Below are positions 23,801 to 34,753 of a stretch of DNA of 64,000 nt, piece after piece. The notes under the pieces were generated by a model, which saw nothing but the letters and a program-made list of their open reading frames with translations, ran no database searches and was not told the DNA's origin. A program made the translations under genes and the position numbers. The DNA comes from Thraustochytrium aureum (taxonomy: Eukaryota). The stretch lies in contig BLSG01000337.1 of NCBI GenBank assembly GCA_012862495.1, positions 142,413-206,412 on the forward strand, given 5' to 3'. Each line of letters starts with the position of its first letter. The first letter of the stretch is position 1.

Positions 23801-26800
23801 CGCAACTGACGTCTACCAGATCAACCCAAAGGCGGTCACGATGGGCCAGCTGTACGGGTGCTTTGACGCCGTGTCCCACGAGTGGTCGGATGGCGTTCTG
23901 GCCAAAACGTACAGGGACGCCTCAAAGGCAATCGATGAGCGCCGAAAGTGGATTCTCTTCGATGGCCCAGTGGATGCTGTGTGGATCGAGAACCTCAACA
24001 CGGTTTTGGACGACAACAAGAAGCTCTGTCTCATGAGCGGTGAGATCATCGCCATGTCCGAGTACATGAACATGATTTTCGAGCCCATGGACTTGGCCGT
24101 GGCCTCGCCCGCCACAGTGTCCCGCTGCGGCATGGTGTACATGGAGCCGTCCAACCTCGGCTGGGAGCCAATGGTCACCTCTTGGTTCAAGTCGCTTTCG
24201 CTCTCCGAGCAATCGGCGGCACATCTGCGCGCCCTCTTCAGCGCCATGGTGGACAAGGGCCTTGCCTTTGTGCGCAGCAGCGCCGTGAGCGAGCTCGCGC
24301 CCACCACTGACCTCATGCTCGTGATGGCTCTCATCAAACTGCTGGGGTCGCTCATCGCGGACGAGCAGGCGCGCCGCTTGGCAGCGGGCGTGGCCCCCTC
24401 GAGCCCCGTTGCGCCCACCGCAGGGCCAGGTTCGGGGCGAGAGCGTCGTCGCCGATCGTCACGGTCGAGCAAAGTGAAGGCCAAACAGCTCTCGGAAGCG
24501 CTGGCCAATGCGCATGACATTGACGCCGTTGCGCTCGAAGCGGCCGCTGCGCTCGCTGCGACCGAGGCGGGCGGCCCGATTCCCTCGAGGGCGTTTGTGG
24601 ACCTGGATCCCGCGACGCTGGAGCAGCTGTTTCTTTTTGCTGTGGTTTGGACAGTTGGCGGGACGTGCAACGGACCGAGCCGCGTTGCTTTTGACGCCTT
24701 CTTTCGCGACGTAATCGCCAAGCTGGGGGGCGAGCAAGAGCAAGTGCAAGTCAACAAGGCGTTCCCAAAGGACGGCCTCGTGTACGACTATTTCGTTGCG
24801 CCCAGCGAGCCCGCTGGGTCCACTGCGTCGTGGAAGAAGTGGAATGCGCTAATCGATCCCAAGCCAACGTTTGGGGCTGATGCGAGCTTCAACTCAATCA
24901 TCGTTCCCACAAAGGACACTGCGCGCTATACGTACTTGCTGGACACTGCCGTGCAGAACGGCAAGGCGCTCCTCTTCGTGGGCCCCACAGGGACGGGCAA
25001 ATCAGCCTACACAGTCAAGCACCTGCTCCACGGCCTCGACCCGGAGCGATTCAAGACCCTGTTTCTGGGGTTTTCGGCACAAACGAGTACCACGCAGGTT
25101 CAGTCCATCATTGATGGGAAGCTTGACAGGCGCCGAAGGGGCGTTTTCGGCCCGAGCGGTGGCAAGCGATGTATTGTGTTCCTGGACGATGTCAACATGC
25201 CGCAGCCCGAGACGTACGGCGCCCAGCCCCCGCTCGAACTGCTGAGGCAGGGGCTCAAGTACGGCGGCTGGTACGACATGAAGGACCTTTCGTTTCGGCA
25301 CGTCGAGGACTGCATTTATGTCGCTGCAATGGGCCCGCCCGGGGGCGGCAGGAACGAAGTGTCGCCACGCTTTGCGCGCCACTTTCACATCGTCGGTGTC
25401 ACCGAGGCCGAGGATTCGACACTAGTGCGCATATTCGGCACCCTGATGGACTGGTACCTTGGCGTCAACCAGGGCCTTCCCGCCCACTCGCTCAAGCTCG
25501 GTCGCAAGGCCGTCGCGGCGACGCTCGAGCTGTACAAGTCGAGCATCGCGCAGCTCTTGCCGACGCCGTCCAAGTCGCACTACTTGTTCAACCTGCGCGA
25601 CTTTAGCCGCGTGATCCAGGGCATGACTCTCGCCTCGATGAAGCCAACAAGCCAGTCCGATGCAAGTGCTGGCGTCAGCGTTGACATCGGCGCGGACGAG
25701 GGCGCTTTGCTGACAAGACTGTGGGCACATGAGAGCTTGCGGGTCTTTGGCGACAGGCTGGTTGACGACGCCGACCGCGACAAGCTCGTGAAGGAGATGA
25801 TCTCCCCGGCGCTCAAGACGAACTTTGGCAAGAGCTTTAGCGATGTGTTCAGCTACCTGAACAGCGCGTCTCCGACGACCTCGTTCAAGAAGACGAGTGC
25901 GAGCTGGGAGTCGGCGAGGCGCATTCTCTTTGGCTCGATGTTCGGCAGCGCGTATGAGGAGATCACGGACCTGGTGCGCCTGAAAGCGCTGTGCGAGGAC
26001 AAGCTCCGGCAATACAACCAGCTCTCGCCGAAGCCAATGGACTTGGTCATGTTCCTCTACGCAATCGAGCACACTGTGCGGATCAACCGCATCATCGGCA
26101 TCCCCGGCGGCCACGCGCTGCTTGTCGGCGTCGGTGGGTCGGGCCGCCAGTCGCTGACGCGGCTTGCCGCCTTTATGCGCGGCATGGAGGTGCAGCAGGT
26201 TGAGCTGAGCAAAAACTACTCGGTCGCAGACTGGCACGCCGACCTCGCCAAGGCGATTCTCGTCGCCGGGGGCAAAGGCGAGGACACCGTGTTTTTGCTG
26301 AGCGACTCGCAGATCAAGCAAGAGTCGTTCGTGGAGGACATCAATAGCCTGCTCAACGCCGGCGAAGTGCCCAACATGCTTGCCGCAGATGAAAAGGCAG
26401 AGATCTCCGAGCTCGCGCGACCGGCTGCCAAGGCGGAGCGGCGCCAAGTGGACTCCGCGGACAGCTTGTGGGCCTTCGTGCTGGAGCGCGTGCGCGCCAA
26501 GCTGCACATTGTACTCGCCTTCAGCCCGATCGGCGAGGCCTTTCGGTCTCGGATCCGTCGCTTCCCGTCGCTGGTGAACTGCTGCGTTATCGACTGGTTC
26601 TCTGAGTGGCCGCAGGACGCGCTTACGTCGGTTGCGGAGCGGTTTCTGGACGACTTGTCCTTTGAAGCTGGGCCAGGTCAAGGCCACAGCCCCGGTTCCG
26701 CGGCGCTCAAGCAGACGTGCGTCGAGCTCTGCAAGCGCTTCCACGTGAGCACCGTGACGTACGCTCGGAGGTTTGAGCAGGAGCTGCGCCGGTACTATTA

Positions 26801-29800
26801 TGTAACGCCAACATCGTACCTCGAGCTCATCAACACCTTCAAGACGATGCTGGCCCGGAAGCGGGCAGAAGTCGAGCAGGCCCGCAGCAGGTACCAAGTG
26901 GGCCTTGAAAAGCTGCAGTTCACCGAAGACGCCGTGCAAGGCATGCAGAAAGAGTTGCAGGACTTGCAGCCGGTTCTCCTCCGCACGACAGAGCAAACGG
27001 AGGAGATGATGGCAGCGGTGGAGAAGGAGCAGACCGAGGCGGACAAGGTGGCGCAGATTGTCAAAAAGGAAGAGGCGGTGGCAAACGAGAAGGCGCAAAG
27101 TGCAAAGGCGATCAAGGACGAGTGCGAAAGCGAGCTCGCGGAGGCTCTGCCGATACTCGAGTCGGCCATCGCGGCCCTCAACACTCTCAGTAAGAGCGAC
27201 ATCACGAGGTGAAGTCGATGAAAAGCCCTCCGGACGGCGTAAAGCTGGTCATGGAGGCGCTGTGCGTGATGATGGGTGTCAAGCCGGTCAAAATCAAGGA
27301 CCCCAACGACCAGTCCAAGAAGGTGAACGACTACTGGGAGCCAGCCAAGCGTCAGTTGCTGTCTGACCCGAAGCTTCTCAACAACCTGATCGAGTTTGAC
27401 AAGGACAACATCGACGCCAAAGTGATCCAAAAGACCACGGTCTACGTGGAAGACCCGGCCTTCGACCCGGAGAAGATCAAGAAGGCGTCTCGGGCCGCTT
27501 ATGGGCTCTGCTGCTGGGTTCGCGCGATGGTGCAGTACGACCGCGTCGCAAAGGTGGTTGCGCCAAAGCGAGCCGCGCTGGCGGAGGCGGAGAGGGAGTT
27601 TGAGACAGTGATGGCCGGGCTTCGCGAGAAGCAAGCAGACCTTGCCAAGATTGAAAACCGCGTCGCCGGCCTCGCGCAGCAGCTGGGCCAGTGCAAGGAG
27701 CGCAAAGCAGATCTCGAGCGCCAGGTCGCCGAGTGTCAGGTGAAGCTGGACCGCGCCGAGAAGCTGATCTCCGGCCTTGGGGGCGAGAAGTCGCGCTGGG
27801 GGTCCGAGACTCAAGTGCTCACTCACCTTCTGCAAAACCTGATTGGCAACGTCCTCGTGTGCTCCGGGGTGATTGCCTATCTGGGCCCCTTTACCGTGAC
27901 CTATCGTCGCGAGATCACTCGCGCCTGGGTCCAGGCCGCTATCGACTTTAGCATCCCATGCTCAAGCGCGGACGAAATGAACCTTGTCCAAACTCTCGGC
28001 GACCCGGTTAAGATTCGCAACTGGCATGTCCACGGGCTCCCCATCGACGAGTACAGCGTTGAGAACGCGATCATCATGGATAACTCGCGGCGCTGGCCGC
28101 TCCTCATCGACCCGCAGGGCCAAGCCAACAAGTGGCTGCGGAACATGGAGAGCGAGAACGAGCTGCAGGTCTGCAAGCTGAGCGATGGCAACTACTTGAG
28201 GACCATGGAGAACGCCGTGCAGTTTGGGCGCCCAGTCCTGCTCGAGAACGTCGGCGAAACGCTCCCGCCTGCGCTCGAGCCCTCCTACTCAAGCAAGTCT
28301 TCAAGCGAGGCGGCGTGGCGAGCATCAAACTGGGCGACAACGTGGTGGAGTACTCGGACAAGTTTCGATTCTACATTACCACCAAGCTGCGCAGCCCGCA
28401 CTACTTGCCAGAGGTCAGCGTAAAGGTGACGCTGCTGAACTTTATGATAACGCCCGTCGGCCTGGAGGACCAGCTCCTTGGGATTGTGGTCGCCAAAGAG
28501 CGGCCGGACCTCGAGAGGGAGGAGAGCCAGCTCATCATCGAGACCTCCAAGAACAAGAACATGCTCAAAGAGATCGAGGACAAGATCCTGCACGTGATGA
28601 GCGCTTCTCAGGGAAACATTCTGGAAGACGCCACTGCCATTGAGGTGCTGTCAAAGTCGCAGGCCGTGGCCAAAGACATTTCGGAGAAGCAGGCCATCGC
28701 TGACAAGACTTCGTTTGCGATTGAGGAGGCCCGCAAGGCCTACATTCCGATCGCACAGCGCGCGGCAGCGATGTTTTTCTGCGTGGCGGACCTCGCGTAC
28801 GTCGACCCGATGTACCAGTACTCTTTGGGCTGGTTCGTGAACCTGTACGTGGCGAGCATCACTGGGTCGCGCCGCGAGGGCGGGGACCCCTCGGACATCC
28901 CGATGCGCCTGAGCGTGCTCCAGGAGCACTTTACCGACTCGCTGTACCGCAACATCTGCCGCTCGCTGTTTGAGAAGGACAAGCTCCTGTTTTCCTTCTT
29001 GCTCTGCGTGCGACTCCTCGCCCTCGTAAAGGCCGGCGAGGTTGTGGCCGTAGCGGCGGCGGGCGAGGAGGAGAAGGGGGCGAGCAGCGGCGTCTCCGCT
29101 AACGCCGACACGGACTCGGCGCAAGCGTGCGCAGAGGTCGCTGCGGAGAATGCAGGCGCAATTGAGGGCGAGCTGCTGCCGACGGAAAGCGCCGCTGAGG
29201 CAGGGCCGCCGGAAGACACTCGTTTGTTTCGTTTCCTGCTGAGCGGTGGAGTCAGGACTGGCGAAGTGCCTTCCAACCCCCACAGCGCCTGGCTGGACGA
29301 CAAGGCTTGGGACGCACTTGATCGCCTCTGTGAGGCTCTTGGCGCGTTCGAGCCCGAGAGGGCCGGTTTGATCCGCGAGTCGCTCGACAAGCAAGCGGAA
29401 GATTGGAAGCGGTGGCTGGAGGGGCCTACGCCAGAGCTGCATTCGCTGCCCGGTCGCTGCGCAAACGAACTGTGCAAGTTCGAGCAGCTGTGCCTGTTGC
29501 GTTGCGTGCGGCCGGACCGGGTCATCCCTGCAGTCAGATCCTTTGTTGCGGATCAAATGGGCTCTCAGTTCGTGGAGCCCCCGCCCTTCGACCTCCAGGC
29601 GTGCTGGGCCGACTCGACGGCGACGACGCCGCTGATCTTCGTGCTGTCCCCAGGTTCAGATCCCATGGCTGCGTTGGCCAAGTTTGCGGCAGAATCGGAG
29701 ATTGACCTCGCGACCCTTTCGCTTGGCCAGGGTCAGGGCCAGCTCGCGGAGCGCTTGGTCGAGCGCGGCGCGGAGGAAGGGACCTGGGTGGTTTTGCAAA

Positions 29801-31522
29801 ACTGCCACCTCTACCCGAGTTGGATGCCCGCGCTCGAGCAGATCCTCGAGGACTTGAACGAGCGATTTGTAGCCGCAGAGCGCGAGCGAGAGGGCGCGAA
29901 GGGGCCTCCCGCGGAAGACGACGGGAGCGCCCTGGCGGTGGCGCAAAGGCTGCGCCACTGAAAGACACGTTTCGCCTGTTCTTGACGAGCTACCCCTCGG
30001 ACAAGTTCCCCGTGTCGATTTTGCAAAACGGCGTCAAGATGACAAATGAGCCGCCGCAGGGGCTGCGCGCCAATCTGATGCGTTCGTACAAGAGCACGCC
30101 GATCAACGAGGTCGAGTTTTTCGAAGAGGTTTCGCCGTCAAGGTCGCGCGAGTTTAAGGCGCTGCTGTTCGGGCTGTGCTTTTTCCACGCCGTCGTGCAG
30201 GAAAGGCGCAGCTTTGGCTCGCTCGGATGGAACATCCCGTACGAGTTCAACGAGAGCGACTTGACAATCAGTGCGCGGCAGCTCCGCATGTTTGTGGAGG
30301 ACTCGGAGGAGGAGGTTCCGTTCAAGGCGCTCTTGTACTGCATCGGCGAGTGCAATTACGGCGGGCGCGTCACGGACGACCTCGACCGGCGCGCGCTTGG
30401 AGCGATCCTCGCGCAGTTTCTCAACCCGAGTGTGACTGAGACGCCGGGGTTTGCTCTGGATAGTGAGGGCCGCTATGTGGTGCCAGCGCCGGGGCCCACC
30501 CGAGCTACGTGGACCACATCAAGGCCCTCCCAGACGCGGCCCCGAGCGTGTTCGGGCTGCACGAGAATGCCGCCATTACCCGCGCCCGGGGGGAGACCAA
30601 CGCTCTCTTCGGCGCTCTGGTGGCAACGCAGCCTCGCACCCAAGTGCTGGGGTCTGCGACGCCCGAGGCAACGGCGCAGGCGATTGCCGAGTCGATCTTG
30701 ACAAAGCTCCCGGACCACAATTTTGATCTCGACAAAGCATGCAAAGACTACCCCATCGTGTACGAGGAGTCGCTCAACACGGTGCTGACGCAGGAGCTGG
30801 AGCGCTATAATGGTCTGCTGGACCTCGTGCGTGGGACGCTGCAGACGTTGATCCGCGCTACGAAAGGCTTTGTGGTGATGTCGGAGGAGGTGGAGCGCGT
30901 GTTCTTGGCTCTGTTGGAGGGCCGGGTACCGGAGCTTTGGCGCAAGAAGAGCTACCCGAGCCTCAAGCCGCTGAGCGGCTACGTGGCGGACCTCCTGGAG
31001 CGTTTGCGGTTCTACGAGCAGTGGCTCGCCCGCGGGGCCCCGCCGGTGTTCTGGTATTGCGCGTTGTTCTTCCCGCAGTCCTTCAACACGGCGGTGCTGC
31101 AAAACTTTGCACGCCGCCACTCGGTGGCGATCGACCAGGTGGCGTTCGAGTTTCACGTGGTGCTAGATGTCGCTTCGTGCAGGGAGGGGCCGAAGGATGG
31201 CGTTTACATCACGGGCTTGTTCATGGAGGGAGCACAGTGGGACGCCGAAGCCGGCATGTTGGTGGACGCTGCTCCCAAGGAGTTGTACGCCACCGCTCCT
31301 TCGCTTCATTTTCTGCCGGCCACGCCGGACTCGCGGACTGACCAGAGCGACCCGAGCAGCTACTACTGTGCGCCGCTGTATCGCACGGCGGATCGTCGTG
31401 GTACGCTCAGTACGACGGGAATCTCAACCAACTACGTCATGCCTGTCATGCTGCCGACCAGCCAGCCTGCCTCGCACTTTATCCTTCGCGGCGCAGCTCT
31501 GCTCACGCAGCTCAACGACTAG
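17894..31522 (+). CDS. Axonemal dynein heavy chain, single-headed inner-arm type (DNAH7/DNAH3-like); 5' end in gap; six apparent frameshifts (about 18968, 19072, 27206, 28281, 29900, 30494)
   Basis: P-loops [61 protein letters not shown]; stalk/[33 protein letters not shown]-terminal RRGTLSTTG...LLTQLND*. Confidence 0.96.
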
Positions 31523-31629
31523 CCAGCGACGCCCAGCCCGTCTCTAGATGTAAGTAGCCCCATTTGCGCGGAACACAGATTCAACATTACACATTGCTCT
31601 ACAGCAGTAAGAATACTCGAGTACTCCGA

Positions 31630-32036
31630 GCGCCAGAACTCGTGTGCTGCGCCCTGGCGCGTCTCGTCGTGCGCCAAGTCGAACCATTCCGAGCATCGAT
31701 CGACCAAGGACCCTGGCTGACAAGAGCATCGCCCACGAGCCGGAGGAGAGCCGGGAGCGACACCAGTGCGCGGGCAAGCCATCGTTCGAACAAGCAAGCT
31801 GGGCGTGGAGAGGCCGGCGGGCAGGTGATAACGTAAACTTCGCGCTGGCCCGATTTTCCTCCTCCGCCGGCCGGCCGGCCGGCCGGCCGGCCATCTCGAC
31901 CCAGCCCGATATCCTCAGGGAGCGAGGCGCCAACGTCAAGCCCCGCATGCTCCACGAGACGGACAGCGCCGCGGTCGCGCCCACAACCCGCATCTGTCAA
32001 CTCACTCGAAAGCAATAAATAAGTGAGTTCTGGCGC
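31630..32036. ncRNA. Candidate structured non-coding RNA, family unidentified; minus strand slightly favoured
   Basis: Perfect 12-bp terminal inverted repeat plus five further nested complementary segments. No recognisable protein. Confidence 0.3.
31867..31892. repeat. (CCGG)n self-complementary tetranucleotide repeat
   Basis: Directly visible. Confidence 0.9.
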
Positions 32037-32160
32037 AGTTCTCCCTGCCACACCTCTGTCCCCTCTCCTCCGTGCGTCGCCCCCCTCGAAAAACCCTCTC
32101 TCCTCGCGCAACTCCCCCGCTACCCACATACTCCCCGACCCGCATTACCTACCCCCGCGC

Positions 32161-32330
32161 TTTAAAATCTGCTGATCCTCGCGTGGGCTCAGGTGCATCG
32201 GCGCCCCGATTATGTCCGATTAATTCCGATTAATTCCGATTATGCCCGATTATGTCCGATTATCTCCGATTATCTCCGATTGGCGCTAGCGCAGGCTGAG
32301 GGCGTGGGTGCAGGGACGGAGGGGTTTAAA
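32161..32330. promoter_or_regulatory. Putative bidirectional promoter: TTTAAA, 8 x CCGATTnnnn, TTTAAA
   Basis: TTTAAA at 32161-32166 and 32325-32330 around the array 32206-32285. Purine/pyrimidine strand bias flips across it. Lies upstream of the V-ATPase C gene. Confidence 0.55.
32206..32285. repeat. Tandem array of eight 10-bp units with invariant CCGATT core
   Basis: Units: ccgattatgt, ccgattaatt, ccgattaatt, ccgattatgc, ccgattatgt, ccgattatct, ccgattatct, ccgattggcg. Confidence 0.95.
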
Positions 32331-32357
32331 CGGGCCAGAGAGAGAGCGAGAGGAGCT

Positions 32358-32410
32358 GCAGGCAGGCAGGCAGGCAGGCAGGCAGGAGGCAGGCAGGAGG
32401 GCAGGCAGGC
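32358..32410. repeat. Imperfect (GCAG)n microsatellite in the V-ATPase C leader
   Basis: Directly visible. Confidence 0.85.
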
Positions 32411-32770
32411 CACCAGCGCGCGGGAGAGCCGAACGAACGCGCAGGAGCACAGCACCCAGTGCGCGGAGGGAGGGAGCGCGTGGGGCGCTTGGTGGCGGGG
32501 CGATAGATCGACAGGTCGATTGATCGATTGACGGGTTGACTGGCTGTTGGTTGAGCGAGCAGGAGGGCGATCGGTGGGCGGATTCCGTGGGCCTTCGACG
32601 GGCGCGGGGCTGCTCGCGCGCGACGGACCGCGTGCGAAGGACTTGCGTGCGAAACGCGCCGCCCCGTTTGGAGACGCACGCGTGCTGGCTGGCTGCGCGC
32701 CGCGGGCGGAGGACTGCGGGAAGCGCTGCGCGGAGGCGGCTGGTGAAGGCGGGGGTCGGAGGCGGGCAAG

Positions 32771-34003
32771 ATGAGCAAGCACGCGGAGGTGTTCTGGCTG
32801 ATTGCGATCAAGAATGAGGGGCCGCATGTGCCCGGGGATGATAGCGCGACGGCGAGCTCGGTGAGCAAGCTGACGAGTGAACTGTCCTCGGTCGCGCAGG
32901 TGAGCCGGTTTGAGATCCCGGACCTGCGCGTGGGCACGCTGGAAAAGCTCATGTCGGCCGGTGACCTGCTGCACAAGGTCGACACGAACGTCGAGGCCGT
33001 GATCCGCAAGATTGAGCGCCAGTACGAGGAGCTCGGCGCAGAGGACAAGCTCGGCGTGCGCGACGAGCCCGCCACCAAGTACCTGCAGAACTTTCGCTGG
33101 AACGCTGCCAAGTACCCGACGCAGCGCAGCGTCGAGGAGCTCATCCGCAACATCGTGACTGCGGCGACCAAGACCGAGTCAGAGCTGAAGGACTCGACCG
33201 CCTTTTACACGGAGAAGAAGCAAAAAGTGCAGGCGCTGGAGCGGCTCAAGGAGGGCAACTTGATGGTGGCAAACCTCGAGGACGTGCTCGCCAGCAAGCT
33301 GCGGCCCGAGCAGTTTCACGACTCGACCTACTTGAAAACGGCTGTCATCGTGGTCCCCAAGTCGATGCGCAAGGCCTTCGAGGAGACGTACCAGACCATC
33401 GGCAAGGATATTGTCGGGTTCGGGCCGGAGGATAACCGCGACGCCGTCAAGGGCTCGCCCGTGGTCCCCGGCTCGGCGGAGTTTATCATGCAGGACCGCG
33501 AGGGCTACTCGATCTTCCTCGTGACCATCCTGAGCAAGTTTTACGACGAGTTCAAGACCGCGGCGCAGACCGCCCGCTACCTGGTGCGCGACTACAACTT
33601 CCAGGCGGCGTACGAGGCGTACCAGAGGATGCAGCTCGAGGGCGATGGCGTCGACCAGCTCACGCTGGCGAAGCGCGAGGAGGAGGAGAGCCGCTTTCAG
33701 CTCGTGCACTGGTGCAAGACGCACTACGGCGACGCTTTCATGGCATGGGTTCACACAAAGGCCATCCGGCTCTTTGTCGAGTCCGTCCTGCGGTACGGCC
33801 TGCCGGTCAACTTTGCTGCGGCGGTTGTGAAGCCGCTCAAGCGCACCAATGAGCGCAAGGCGCGCGAGAAGCTGGCCAAGCTTTACGCGTCGTTTGACAG
33901 CCAGGGTATGATGCAGATGCACGCCGACGACCAGGCCTCTGCTGGCAGCGAGGAAATGTTCCCCTACGTGTCGTATTCGATCCAGCCGGAGAAGGATGCT
34001 TGA
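32771..34003 (+). CDS. ATP6V1C: V-type proton ATPase subunit C
   Basis: IPDLRVGTL, FRWNAAKYP, GNLMVANLEDV, VVPGSA, HTKAIRLFVESVLRYGLPVNF, FPYV. Intact ATG-to-TGA ORF. Confidence 0.95.
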   Translation: MSKHAEVFWLIAIKNEGPHVPGDDSATASSVSKLTSELSSVAQVSRFEIPDLRVGTLEKLMSAGDLLHKVDTNVEAVIRKIERQYEELGAEDKLGVRDEPATKYLQNFRWNAAKYPTQRSVEELIRNIVTAATKTESELKDSTAFYTEKKQKVQALERLKEGNLMVANLEDVLASKLRPEQFHDSTYLKTAVIVVPKSMRKAFEETYQTIGKDIVGFGPEDNRDAVKGSPVVPGSAEFIMQDREGYSIFLVTILSKFYDEFKTAAQTARYLVRDYNFQAAYEAYQRMQLEGDGVDQLTLAKREEEESRFQLVHWCKTHYGDAFMAWVHTKAIRLFVESVLRYGLPVNFAAAVVKPLKRTNERKAREKLAKLYASFDSQGMMQMHADDQASAGSEEMFPYVSYSIQPEKDA

Positions 34004-34667
34004 GCGCAGAGTGGTGTCGGCAGCGCCGGCGCCCATGAATTCCGTGCCTGCTTGTTGGTCGCCTGGCTGCCGCTCTCTGCCCTCCTTCTGTTTCGCTTTG
34101 CCCCGTGCGCGCGGGCTGGAGCCCTCTCCCATTAACGAACCCTAAGCCAACGTGACGATTTTCTCGCTTGCGGCTCTGCAGCCGCCGGGTTGGAAGTCCA
34201 AGTCAGCGAATCAATCTTGCAAAGCAAGCTACGAGTGCTGGCAAAGCACTCTGGAGCAGGAAGGCCTCTGCTGCGGAAGCCCCTCGACGGCGGCCAACAC
34301 CTTCTCGGAATCGCCCAACTCTGCAAGAAGAAACCAGCGCAAGGAATGCCCAGCAGCTGCCTGCGTAAGNNNNNNNNNNNNNNNNNNNNNNNNNNNNNNN
34401 NNNNNNNNNNNNNNNNNNNNNNNNNNNNNNNNNNNNNNNNNNNNNNNNNNNNNNNNNNNNNNNNNNNNNNNNNNNNNNNNNNNNNNNNNNNNNNNNNNNN
34501 NNNNGAATGCCCAGCAGCTGCCTGCGTAAGCGCGCGCCGCGCTCGGCGCGTCGGGCCTGAGACCATCGCCGAGCTCGGCATGGGCGCCAGCCACCAGGAG
34601 GAAGGATCACGACATAGTCGTGGTACAACGAATTGCGCAGCTAACAGTGCAGGCACCAGGCAGGNAC

Positions 34668-34668
34668 C

Positions 34669-34704
<36 letters not shown>

Positions 34705-34705
34705 C
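34668..34705. repeat. (GCAG)n microsatellite upstream of MIC10
   Basis: Directly visible. Confidence 0.85.
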
Positions 34706-34753
34706 CTCCTCACGAGCGTGCGTCGCAAGATAGAAAGGCCAGAGACCGCGAGG

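Noticed and set aside
25422..27098. Long antisense ORFs opposite dynein, ASPM and V-ATPase C
   Set aside because: Expected shadow ORFs in GC-rich, codon-biased genes; no recognisable domains.
18960..30510. Programmed ribosomal frameshifting or TGA recoding in dynein
   Set aside because: Shift sites share no slippery motif or stop context, and homology resumes in another frame, so read-through would not rescue the protein.
17894..31522. Dynein and other ciliary genes as pseudogenes
   Set aside because: All catalytic motifs are intact and housekeeping genes show the same indel type.
31630..32036. MITE or other DNA transposon with 12-bp terminal inverted repeats
   Set aside because: No target-site duplication, no second copy and no transposase in the window.
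31630..32036. Telomerase RNA or RNase P/MRP RNA
   Set aside because: No CCCTAA/CCTAA-type template. GAGGAAAATCGGG resembles an RNase P conserved region but lies mid-molecule with no matching 3' conserved region.
31544..32129. Minus-strand ORFs of 149 and 176 aa as protein genes
   Set aside because: No recognisable motif, they read through a (CCGG)n repeat and lack the host codon pattern. Not fully excluded.
32206..32285. CRISPR-like array
   Set aside because: Units are 10 bp with no unique spacers, there are no cas genes, and the context is eukaryotic.
34344..34530. 26-bp direct repeat gaatgcccagcagctgcctgcgtaag flanking a gap (possible target-site duplication or array)
   Set aside because: Same overlap-across-gap pattern as in the P450, so most likely an assembly artefact. 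A true tandem repeat cannot be excluded without reads.
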